Origin: Bacteroides sp.
GTDB lineage: Bacteria; Bacteroidota; Bacteroidia; G022818785
NCBI GenBank assembly: GCA_022818785.1
Contig: CP063811.1
Location: forward strand, 466,360 to 489,825
DNA: 23,466 bases
Direction of reading: 5' to 3'
Of this stretch, positions 1 through 8,572 are shown in pieces. The translations under genes were made by a program, and so were the position numbers. How positions within the stretch are numbered: the stretch's first letter is position 1; each line of letters begins with the position of its first letter. The notes beneath the pieces are model-generated. The model worked only from the letters and a program-made list of their open reading frames with translations, was not told the origin of the DNA and ran no database searches.

Positions 1-319
1 CTATACCATCAATAGTATTACCTACTACATTAAACAATCTACCCCTAACTGGAGTACCAATTGGTACTTGAATAGACTTACAAGTGTTTATAACATCCAT
101 ACCTCGGCTAAGATTATCTGTAGTATCCATAGAAATTGTTCTAACAGTGCATTCTCCTATATGTTGTTGGCATTCTAATGTTATATATTTATTCTTTTTA
201 GAATTAATATGTACTAATAATGCATCATTAATTTTGGGTAAATGATCATTTGAATTAAATGCAACATCCACTACTGGCCCAATAATTTTAACTATTTTAC
301 CTTTATTATTGTTTGTCAT
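1..319 (-). CDS. atpD: F0F1 ATP synthase subunit beta, N-terminal part (runs off window start)
   Basis: Not in ORF track. Manual translation from ATG at 319: MTNNNKGKIVKIIGPVVDVAF...LECQQHIGECTVRTISMDTTDNLSRGM...VPIGTPVRGRLFNVVGNTIDG, the AtpD N-terminus. atpD standing apart from atpAG is the usual Bacteroidota arrangement. Confidence 0.96.
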   Translation of the reverse strand, partial: MTNNNKGKIVKIIGPVVDVAFNSNDHLPKINDALLVHINSKKNKYITLECQQHIGECTVRTISMDTTDNLSRGMDVINTCKSIQVPIGTPVRGRLFNVVGNTIDGI

Positions 320-393
320 GTTATATTATTGTAATTATGAATATAATATTGAAATAATATTTTTATAATATAATATACAAAATGAAAAATAAA

Positions 394-2553
394 TCAACAT
401 ATTCTATTAACATAATATATTCCATTAATAAGCTTAATCTTTTTTTCTATTTCATTAGATGATTTGTCATTATTAACATTTAATGATATTATACTATTAA
501 TTTTACCATCTTTATTATAAGATGCAAATTTAGTATTTACAACAATTTTTAAATTAATAGAAATATATTTAGATATTTCATAAAATAAATCATTTTTATT
601 TAATAGCTCATTTTGTAATTTTAAATTAAATTTAATATTCTTGTCACTTTTCCATTTAATGTTAATTACTCTGTAAAAATATTTATTAAATAATCTTACA
701 GAATTTAGACAATTTGTTTTATGAATTTTAATTCTGTGATCAGAAGTTATAAATCCAAAAATATAATTTCCTTGTATTGGATTACAACATCTTGATAATT
801 CATAATTTAAAAAGTTAAATCCATTTTTTGTTAAGATAAGTGATTTAGAATATTGATTACGTTTGTTTATATCATATTTATTATATTTTAAAATATTATT
901 TTTAATATTATGTTGTTGAACGTATTGTTTAATATCAGAATTAATATTATACTTTTTATTAATAAATTTACAATATAAATCATTAATACTTAAAATATTA
1001 TAATATTTCATAATCATGTATAAATTGTTTTGATTAATATTAATATTAATTTTATTCATTTGATAATGTAAATTGTTTTTCCCTATTTGAATGTTTTTAT
1101 TTCTACTTATTAACAGAAAATTACGAATTTTATCTTTAGCTTTTGATGTAATTACAAAATTAAGCCAATCTTTATTAGGATTTTGTTTTTTAGAAGTAAT
1201 AATTTCAACATGATCTCCATTTTGTAAAACGTATTTTAAAGATTCTATTTTGTTATTTATTTTAGCGCCTATACAATGCATGCCTATATCAGTATGAATT
1301 TCAAATGCAAAGTCTATTACTATAGATCTTTTAGGTAGTTTAATAAGTTCCCCCTTAGGGGTATACACAAAAATTTCATCTTCAAACAAATTCATTTTAA
1401 ATTCATCAATCAAATTTTCATTTTTTATAGGTTTTTTTATTAAATCTCGTACTTTATGAATCCATTTATCTATAGTAGAATCTTTATTATTTTCTTTATA
1501 TTTCCAATGAGCAGCAATACCTCTTTCTGCTATTTCATTCATATTTTTAGTTCTTATTTGAACTTCAATCCATTTATTATAACCTTTTACAGTTGTATGC
1601 AATGATTGATATCCATTGCTTTTAGGATTTGATATCCAATCACGTAATCTATTTTGATTAGGGAAATAATGATCAGTAATGATTGAATAAACACGCCAGC
1701 AATCAGTTTTTGGATGTTTAGAATTATTAATTATAATTCTTACTGCAAACAAGTCATATAAATTTGAAAAAGATATATTTTTATTTTTCATTTTATTCCA
1801 TATTGAAAATATGGATTTAGTTCTTTCAATAATTTTACATTCTATATTTTGCTCTTTTAAAGATTTTTTAATAGGATAAATAAATTCTTTAATCAGAGAA
1901 TAACATTCACGTTGTATTTTCTTTAATTTAAAAGAAACATAATTATATTCATTTCGATTGATATATTGCATTGATAAATCTTCTAATTCAGATTTTATAT
2001 TATATAATCCCATTCTACATGCTATAGGAGCATATATATGCAATGTTTCATATGAAATAATTAACTGTTTTTCTCTTGGCATATATTGTAACGTTCGCAT
2101 ATTATGTAAACGATCAGCTATCTTAATTAAGATAACTCTTAAATCTTTTACCAATGATAACATTAATTTTCGAAAATTATCTATACAATTAGATTTTTGT
2201 GGATTTTTAATAATATTTTTTATTTTTGTCAAACCATCAATTATATTAGATTTTTCTTCACCAAAAACAGATTTAATATTTTCTAATGATATATTTGTAT
2301 CTTCAATACAATCATGTAAAATAGCACATATTCCAGATGTAAAATCTAATCCCATTTCAAATGTACATATTTCAGAAACAGATAATGGATGACATATATA
2401 GGGATCACCTGATTTTCTATAACAATTTTTATGCGCCTGAAAAGCCATTTTAAAAGCTCTTTCTAAGATTTTTGTATCATTATTTTTATCTTTTTTAAAG
2501 AAATTAAATATCCTATTATATTGAATTAATATTGTTTCATTTTTAACTTCCAT
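394..2553 (-). CDS. relA: Long RelA/SpoT homologue, bifunctional (p)ppGpp synthetase/hydrolase
   Basis: HD hydrolase motifs RKSGDPYICHP, LHDCIEDT, KIADRLHNMRT; synthetase motifs DLFAVRI, NGYQSLHTTV, EVQIRT, AAHWKYKE; TGS domain (FVYTPKG...DFAFEIHTDIG); ZFD CCNP...H...C. Confidence 0.96.
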   Translation of the reverse strand: MEVKNETILIQYNRIFNFFKKDKNNDTKILERAFKMAFQAHKNCYRKSGDPYICHPLSVSEICTFEMGLDFTSGICAILHDCIEDTNISLENIKSVFGEEKSNIIDGLTKIKNIIKNPQKSNCIDNFRKLMLSLVKDLRVILIKIADRLHNMRTLQYMPREKQLIISYETLHIYAPIACRMGLYNIKSELEDLSMQYINRNEYNYVSFKLKKIQRECYSLIKEFIYPIKKSLKEQNIECKIIERTKSIFSIWNKMKNKNISFSNLYDLFAVRIIINNSKHPKTDCWRVYSIITDHYFPNQNRLRDWISNPKSNGYQSLHTTVKGYNKWIEVQIRTKNMNEIAERGIAAHWKYKENNKDSTIDKWIHKVRDLIKKPIKNENLIDEFKMNLFEDEIFVYTPKGELIKLPKRSIVIDFAFEIHTDIGMHCIGAKINNKIESLKYVLQNGDHVEIITSKKQNPNKDWLNFVITSKAKDKIRNFLLISRNKNIQIGKNNLHYQMNKINININQNNLYMIMKYYNILSINDLYCKFINKKYNINSDIKQYVQQHNIKNNILKYNKYDINKRNQYSKSLILTKNGFNFLNYELSRCCNPIQGNYIFGFITSDHRIKIHKTNCLNSVRLFNKYFYRVINIKWKSDKNIKFNLKLQNELLNKNDLFYEISKYISINLKIVVNTKFASYNKDGKINSIISLNVNNDKSSNEIEKKIKLINGIYYVNRIC

Positions 2554-2570
2554 ATATAATATATCGAAAC

Positions 2571-3698
2571 CTATATAATATTATTTTTTTTATTAATCTT
2601 TAAAAGATTTAAAAATTGTTTAAATAAATATAAAGAATCATTTGGCCCAGGAGAAGATTCTGGATGGTATTGAACAGAAAAAACAGGCTTATTTTTGATT
2701 TTAAATCCTTCAATTGTATTATCATTCAGATTAATATGTGTAATAATACAATTTTTATTGGAAATAGCACTTTCATAATCAATTGCAAAACCGTGATTTT
2801 GAGTAGTTATTTCAGATAGTCCATTTTCTAGATTTTTAACAGGATGATTCACTCCTCTATGTCCGTTACACATTTTGTAAGTTTTAATACCCATTGACAA
2901 TGCAATTAATTGATAACCTAAACATATTCCAAATACTACCTTATTACTGTTAATAATTTTGGTTACATTTTTAATAGCATATTCCATTGAAGAAGGATCA
3001 CCAGGACCATTTGATATAAAATATCCATCTGGATTCCATTTTTCCATTTCTTCAAATGAAGATTTAGCAGGAAAAACTTTCATATATATATCATTATTGG
3101 ATAAATTTTTTAAAATGCTATTTTTAATTCCCAAATCTAAAACTGCTACTCTGTATTCAGATTTAATATTTCCATAATAATATATGGATTTTGTAGTAAT
3201 TTTGGACGCTAATTCTTGTCCTTCCATTTTTGGAATACTATTTAACATTTTTTTATATAAAGGCAAATTTAATTGAATTCCATATGCTATAAGACAATTC
3301 ATAGCTCCTTTATTTCTAATAATTTTAACTAAATTACGAGTATCTATATCATGAATTACTATTATGTTATTATGTATTAAAAATTCATCTAATGATAAAT
3401 CAGTCTTATTTCTAAAACACATTTTTTCATATTTTTTACATATTAAACCTGATATATTAACATTATTAGATTCATTATCTGAATTAATAGTACCATAATT
3501 ACCAATATGTATATGAGTAGTAACTAAAATTTGACCAAAATATGAAGGATCTGTAAAAATTTCTTGATATCCTGTTAATCCTGTATTGAAACATAACTCA
3601 CCTGTAGAAATTCCTTTAGCTCCACCTCCCTTACCATAAAGTATTGTTCCATCTTCTAGCATTAATAATGCACTATCTTTTTTATGAAAATCTTGCAT
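2571..3698 (-). CDS. carA: Carbamoyl-phosphate synthase small (glutaminase) subunit
   Basis: GELCFNTGLTGYQEIFTDPSYFGQI, SNGPGDP, GICLG (catalytic Cys), GHRGVNHPV, QNHGFA, VQYHPESSPGP. Confidence 0.97.
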   Translation of the reverse strand: MQDFHKKDSALLMLEDGTILYGKGGGAKGISTGELCFNTGLTGYQEIFTDPSYFGQILVTTHIHIGNYGTINSDNESNNVNISGLICKKYEKMCFRNKTDLSLDEFLIHNNIIVIHDIDTRNLVKIIRNKGAMNCLIAYGIQLNLPLYKKMLNSIPKMEGQELASKITTKSIYYYGNIKSEYRVAVLDLGIKNSILKNLSNNDIYMKVFPAKSSFEEMEKWNPDGYFISNGPGDPSSMEYAIKNVTKIINSNKVVFGICLGYQLIALSMGIKTYKMCNGHRGVNHPVKNLENGLSEITTQNHGFAIDYESAISNKNCIITHINLNDNTIEGFKIKNKPVFSVQYHPESSPGPNDSLYLFKQFLNLLKINKKNNII

Positions 3699-3718
3699 AA
3701 TATATTTAAATTTCTTTT

Positions 3719-4234
3719 TTATATGTTAATAATTTTAATATCTATAGAAGATAGTAATTTTCTATTTAAGAAATCATATTTATATATGTATTTATTAGTT
3801 AATGGAATTATAATTTTTTTTTTATTTTTACTATTATATATATATAATAGCTTATATTCTCTAACATCTTCTATAGATAGAACCTTTCCTAAGAAACCAT
3901 ATATACTATCATATATTTCAAATCCAATTATAAAATAATCATCTTGTAATATATTTATATATCTATCTAAAATAGATATTTTATTGTTTAAATAATGGTT
4001 AATATTTTTGATATCAATATCAAAAATATTTATTTTGAATATATTTTTTTTTATTTTTTTAACAAAATTAAATTTATAAGGTATTATGCAATATTTGTTA
4101 TGATTGATATATATATAATCAATTTTACATATATTGATTTGATCTATATAGCAATCTATAACAAAAATTTTATCTTTATAAATAAATTTTTTAATCAATC
4201 CAATTTCAATAAAACAATTATTTATCAATTTCAT
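3719..4234 (-). CDS. rimM: Ribosome maturation factor RimM (highly diverged)
   Basis: Directly downstream of and overlapping rpsP; 171 aa; PRC-barrel-like C-half IIGFEIYDSIYGFLGKVLSI...IIIPL. The N-terminal HGxxG motif is not recognisable. Confidence 0.75.
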   Translation of the reverse strand: MKLINNCFIEIGLIKKFIYKDKIFVIDCYIDQINICKIDYIYINHNKYCIIPYKFNFVKKIKKNIFKINIFDIDIKNINHYLNNKISILDRYINILQDDYFIIGFEIYDSIYGFLGKVLSIEDVREYKLLYIYNSKNKKKIIIPLTNKYIYKYDFLNRKLLSSIDIKIINI

Positions 4235-4583
4235 GTATTAACGAAACACCTTTTTTATTTTTTATCCAAGCATTAAATATATCATCTGCTTGACTTTTAC
4301 TGATTATATTTTTATTAACTCCTCTTTCAAGAAATCTTTTATATAAAACACCAGATTTAGATAAAATAGAATATACAGTATCAGATGCTACGGCACCTCT
4401 ATTTAACCATTTAATTGCTAAATATAATTTCATTCTAATTGAACTAGGATTAATATTAGTATCATAGGTACCAATAGTATCTATATATTTACCATCTCTT
4501 TTTGTTTTTGAATTTATTACAACAATTCTATAAAAAGGTCTTTTTTTTCTTCCGTATCTTCTTAATCTTATTTTAACTGACAT
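4218..4583 (-). CDS. rpsP: 30S ribosomal protein S16
   Basis: MSVKIRLRRYGRKKRPFYRIVV...RDGKYIDTIGTYD...WLNRGAVASDTV; Bacteroidota-type extension SKSGVLYKR..GV. Confidence 0.97.
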   Translation of the reverse strand: MSVKIRLRRYGRKKRPFYRIVVINSKTKRDGKYIDTIGTYDTNINPSSIRMKLYLAIKWLNRGAVASDTVYSILSKSGVLYKRFLERGVNKNIISKSQADDIFNAWIKNKKGVSLIHEIDK

Positions 4584-4657
4584 TTTATGTAAAAATTTAA
4601 ATTAAAATTTAATATATAAATTATATATTAATATAATGAATTTATAATATTATAGTA

Positions 4658-4740
4658 CGGAGAGTGAGGGATTCGAACCCCCGGAAAATTAATTCAACGG
4701 TTTTCAAGACCGCCGCATTAGACCACTCTGCCAACTCTCC
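4658..4740 (-). tRNA. tRNA-Ser (anticodon TGA)
   Basis: Reverse complement GGAGAGTTGGCAGAGTGGTCTAATGCGGCGGTCTTGAAAACCGTTGAATTAATTTTCCGGGGGTTCGAATCCCTCACTCTCCG: acceptor GGAGAGT/ACTCTCC, anticodon loop CT-TGA-AA, long variable arm, T-loop TTCGAAT, discriminator G; CCA not encoded. Confidence 0.96.
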
Positions 4741-4752
4741 TAATATAGTAAA

Positions 4753-4783
4753 CAAATTTACAAACACAATTACATTAATACAA
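4753..4783 (-). promoter_or_regulatory. Putative Bacteroidota sigma-A promoter for tRNA-Ser (-7 TAAATTTG, -33 TTG)
   Basis: Minus-strand TAAATTTG at 4760-4753 matches the TAnnTTTG consensus 12 nt upstream of the tRNA; TTG at 4783-4781 lies 20 nt further upstream. Confidence 0.6.
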
Positions 4784-4790
4784 TAAAAGA

Positions 4791-5765
4791 TTAATAATAT
4801 TTTCTACTATAGTGATCTACATATTTTTCACTAAAAAAATGTTTATTGTTATTTTTTTTTAATCTGAAAAAAAAATAATTATGTTTTTCATATAAAATAA
4901 CTGCATTAATAGATTCTAAAGAAGGTATTGATATAGGACCTGGTGGTAGTCCTTTATATAAATAAGTATTATAAGGTGAATTTATTTTAAGATGTTTATG
5001 AAAAACCTTATTAATTTTTATAGTATTGTCTATACATTTTAATACATATATAATAGTAGGATCTGCTTGTAATTTCCATTTTTTATTTAATCTATTTATA
5101 TATACACCTGCTATTTTCGTCATTTCATTAGCATCATTAGTTTCCATAGAAACTATTGATGCTAATATATATATATTATGATATGAAAGTTCGCATTGTT
5201 CATTGTATTTAGAAAAATAATTATTAAACTCGTTATACATTCTATCGATAAAATTCCTTTCATCTATACCCCAGTTAATATAATATGTATTAGGTATAAA
5301 AATACAATATATATTATCTTTATTAGAATGATATTTGTTAAGAAAAGTCAAATCATTTAAATAATATTTAATTATTTTGATATCCATGTTAAGTTTTTTA
5401 CATGCATATTCTAATATTTCTTCATGTGTATTTATTTTGCTAAATGTTATTTTTATTGGTTGTCTATCTTTTGATCGTAAAATTGACACTAATTTGTAAT
5501 AATTAGTACCATAAGGCAGACAATACATTCCATTATTAATATTTAAATCATATTTCATTTTTTTAGCAAATATTAAAAAACAATTTTTACTATTAATAAT
5601 CTTAGATTTATATAAATTATCAGATATACTATACACGTTATCTCTATATGAGACATAAAAATTTGTATTTTTACATGCACATAATTGTATGTTGCAAGTA
5701 TAATATATTATTTGAAATATTAATATAATAATAATGAATAATACTATTTTTGATTTATATGTCAT
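4791..5765 (-). CDS. mltG: Endolytic transglycosylase MltG (YceG family)
   Basis: N-terminal TM anchor; FIPNTY, ILASIVSMET (YceG Glu motif), IAGVYINRL, KLQADPT, SPYNTYLYKGLPPGPI. Confidence 0.93.
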   Translation of the reverse strand: MTYKSKIVLFIIIILIFQIIYYTCNIQLCACKNTNFYVSYRDNVYSISDNLYKSKIINSKNCFLIFAKKMKYDLNINNGMYCLPYGTNYYKLVSILRSKDRQPIKITFSKINTHEEILEYACKKLNMDIKIIKYYLNDLTFLNKYHSNKDNIYCIFIPNTYYINWGIDERNFIDRMYNEFNNYFSKYNEQCELSYHNIYILASIVSMETNDANEMTKIAGVYINRLNKKWKLQADPTIIYVLKCIDNTIKINKVFHKHLKINSPYNTYLYKGLPPGPISIPSLESINAVILYEKHNYFFFRLKKNNNKHFFSEKYVDHYSRKYY

Positions 5766-5818
5766 ATAAAAATATTATTTATATATATTTTTTACCAAAT
5801 CATTTAAGTAGTGTTAAA

Positions 5819-6499
5819 TTATATTTTATGGATAAATGCTAAAACAGTACTACCAGCTGTAACTTTTTGATTAAGATTAACATTAATTGACAAATTAGTA
5901 GGTAAAAAAATATCTAATCTTGATCCAAATTTAATAAATCCTATTTCTTGACCACTTAAAACATATTGATTTACATTAATATAGCATTTTATTCTTCTTG
6001 CCAAAAATCCTGCTATTTGTCTATATAAAATTTTAACATTATTATTATTTTCTACAATAATAGTATTATGTTCATTATGTGATGATGATTTGTCATACCA
6101 TGCAATATAATATTTACCTGGATGATATTTTATATATGTAATTTTACCACTTATAGGACTTCTATTAACATGTATATCAAAAGGAGACATAAATATAGAT
6201 ATTTTACATAATTTTTTATTAAAAAACTCTGTTTCGATACAGTCTTCTATAGAAATTATTCTTCCATTAGCTGGTGATAAAACAAAATTATCATTTTGAT
6301 TTATTTTTATAAAAGGGTTTCTAAAAAAATATATTGAAAATATTATTAGCAATATATTAATAAATAATGAAATACCTATTATATAGGTAGGCATAAAATA
6401 TAATATTATGATATTAATAATGGCAATAAGTATACATATATTTATTATTTTATATCCTTCATGATGTATTTTAATATATTTCATTTGTATGATTATCAA
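5819..6499 (-). CDS. psd: Phosphatidylserine decarboxylase proenzyme
   Basis: YFFRNP, VLSPANG, SIFMSPFDIHVNRSP, QIAGFLARRI, GFIKFGSRLD (GS autocleavage site). True start may be the second ATG at 6484. Confidence 0.95.
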   Translation of the reverse strand: MIIIQMKYIKIHHEGYKIINICILIAIINIIILYFMPTYIIGISLFINILLIIFSIYFFRNPFIKINQNDNFVLSPANGRIISIEDCIETEFFNKKLCKISIFMSPFDIHVNRSPISGKITYIKYHPGKYYIAWYDKSSSHNEHNTIIVENNNNVKILYRQIAGFLARRIKCYINVNQYVLSGQEIGFIKFGSRLDIFLPTNLSINVNLNQKVTAGSTVLAFIHKI

Positions 6500-7776
6500 T
6501 GATTTAGTGGAAATTTTCTAATCCAATTAGATGTATTTTGTTTAATTTTATTTATTATATTATCATTATTATGATTTTGTATGACTTGATTTATAAATTC
6601 ACCTATTTCTATAATATCTTTTTCTTTAATATTTCTAGACGTAATTGCTGCTGTACCAAGTCTAATTCCAGATGTAATTTTAGAAGATTTTTGATCATAA
6701 GGAATTACATTTTTATTAACAATTAAATTAGCTTTTTCAAGTTTTTGTTCTATATAAGCTCCATTTACATTTTTATTACATAAATTTACGAGTATAATGT
6801 GATTATCAGTACCACCTGAAATTAACTCATAATTTTTACTTATAAGATATTGAGATAATATATTAGCATTTTTTTTTACTTGAAGTATATAATTATAATA
6901 TTCTTTTGAGTTAGCTTCTAAGAATGCTATTGCCTTACCTGCAATTACATGCATTAAAGGTCCTCCTTGTGTTCCAGGAAATACACTACTATCTATTATT
7001 TCCGACATCATTTTAATTTTATTATTTTTATTTTTTAAATTCCATGGATTAGGAAAATCCTTATGCATCATTATTATTCCACCTCTAGGCCCTCTTAATG
7101 TTTTATGTGTTGTAGATGTTATAATATGACAATATGGAATGGGATTATTCATCAAATTATGAGCTACAAAGCCTGATATATGAGATATATCCGCAACTAC
7201 AATAGCATTAATAGAATCAGCTATTGTCCTAATAAATTTATAATCCCAATCTCTTACATATGATGAGCCTCCACATATAATTACTTTAGGTTTAAATTTA
7301 TAAGCTTTATTTTTTAAATCTGTGTAATCGATTAATCCTGTGTTTTTATTTAATTTAAATGAATATGATTTATACAATATTCCTGAAAAATTCACACTAG
7401 AACCATGTGTTAAATGTCCTCCATGTTGTAAATCCAATCCTAAAATAACATCATTGAATTTTAATAATGATAGCATCACAGCAAAATTAGCTTGTGATCC
7501 TGAATGAGGTTGTACATTTACATATTCTACTTTAAATAATTTTTTTGCTCTATCAATACATATTGATTCTATCAAATCTACATTTTTACATCCACCATAA
7601 TATCTATTATTAGGTTTCCCTTCAGCATATTTATTAGTTAAACACGATCCTTGAGCAAGCATTATATCATGGCTAACATAATTTTCTGAAGCTATTAAAT
7701 TAATAGTATTTGTCTGTCTATAATATTCTTTTTTAATTAAATCGAATATAGTTTTGTCATTTTCATTATGAATCAT
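6496..7776 (-). CDS. glyA: Serine hydroxymethyltransferase
   Basis: LIASENY, NKYAEG, RYYGGC, NVQPHSGSQAN, GGHLTHG, TTHKTLRGPRGG (PLP Lys), FPGTQGGP; Bacteroidota-type DFPNPW insert. Confidence 0.98.
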   Translation of the reverse strand: MIHNENDKTIFDLIKKEYYRQTNTINLIASENYVSHDIMLAQGSCLTNKYAEGKPNNRYYGGCKNVDLIESICIDRAKKLFKVEYVNVQPHSGSQANFAVMLSLLKFNDVILGLDLQHGGHLTHGSSVNFSGILYKSYSFKLNKNTGLIDYTDLKNKAYKFKPKVIICGGSSYVRDWDYKFIRTIADSINAIVVADISHISGFVAHNLMNNPIPYCHIITSTTHKTLRGPRGGIIMMHKDFPNPWNLKNKNNKIKMMSEIIDSSVFPGTQGGPLMHVIAGKAIAFLEANSKEYYNYILQVKKNANILSQYLISKNYELISGGTDNHIILVNLCNKNVNGAYIEQKLEKANLIVNKNVIPYDQKSSKITSGIRLGTAAITSRNIKEKDIIEIGEFINQVIQNHNNDNIINKIKQNTSNWIRKFPLNH

Positions 7777-7834
7777 AATTTTATTATAAAATAATTATTT
7801 GTATTAAATTAAACATTAAAAAAGATAAATAATA

Positions 7835-8572
7835 ATGAAAAAATTAGGATTAATAGGATCATCATTGAAACATTCTTTTTCTAAATCTTATTTTAAGAAA
7901 AAATTTTTAGATCTTAATATTAAAAATTTTCGTTATGATTTATACGAAATATCTAAGATAGAAAAAGTTATAAATATATTAAAAGATAAAAGTATAGTAG
8001 GATTAAATGTGACAATACCATATAAACAAGATATAATAAAATATTTACATGAAATAAAAGGAGATGCCCAAAACATTAAAACAGTTAATACAATCAAAAT
8101 TATAAATGGATATTGTATTGGATATAATACCGACATATTAGGATTTAAAAATTCTTTAAAAGAATATATTGGTTCAAAAAAAATAAATGCTATAGTATTA
8201 GGAAATGGCGGTGCATCTCAGGCAATTCAATTTGCCTTAAAAAGTATTAACATTAAATATGTAATAGTATCTAGAAATTTCAATAAAAAAATCATATCAT
8301 ATAATGAATTAAATAATGATGTTTTAAATGAATATAAATTAATAATTAATACTACTTCATTAGGAATGTATCCTTATAATAATACTTATCCCAAAATACC
8401 ATATAATTTATTGACAAATAAACATTATTTATATGATTTAGTATATAATCCTACAAAAACTCTTTTTTTGCAAAAAGGAGAAAAAATGGGTTCTAAAATT
8501 ATAAATGGATTTGAAATGTTAAAAAAACAAGCTGATTTATCTTGGGAAATATGGCAAAATAATTTTTTTTAA
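7835..8572 (+). CDS. aroE: Shikimate dehydrogenase
   Basis: GLIG..LKHSFS, GLNVTIPYK, VNTI, GYNTDILGF, LGNGGAS, INTTSLGM, YDLVYNP, NGFEMLKKQA. Confidence 0.96.
   Translation: MKKLGLIGSSLKHSFSKSYFKKKFLDLNIKNFRYDLYEISKIEKVINILKDKSIVGLNVTIPYKQDIIKYLHEIKGDAQNIKTVNTIKIINGYCIGYNTDILGFKNSLKEYIGSKKINAIVLGNGGASQAIQFALKSINIKYVIVSRNFNKKIISYNELNNDVLNEYKLIINTTSLGMYPYNNTYPKIPYNLLTNKHYLYDLVYNPTKTLFLQKGEKMGSKIINGFEMLKKQADLSWEIWQNNFF

Noticed and set aside
1958-2392. 144-aa plus-strand ORF
   Set aside because: Antisense shadow of relA with no recognisable motif.
2571-3698. carA without adjacent carB
   Set aside because: Split carA and carB are common in Bacteroidota and gene order here is shuffled; the window cannot show loss.
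2959-4276. Plus-strand ORFs 2959-3177, 3684-3938 and 3995-4276
   Set aside because: Antisense to carA, rimM and rpsP; low-complexity F/I/Y/K translations expected from AT-rich DNA.
4609-4631. AT-only inverted repeat TTAATATATAA-A-TTATATATTAA between tRNA-Ser and rpsP
   Set aside because: Built from TA dinucleotide repeats with no GC pair; too weak to call a terminator.
7777-7834. No Shine-Dalgarno sequences upstream of genes
   Set aside because: Expected for Bacteroidota, which use A-rich leaders; supports the taxonomy but is not novel.
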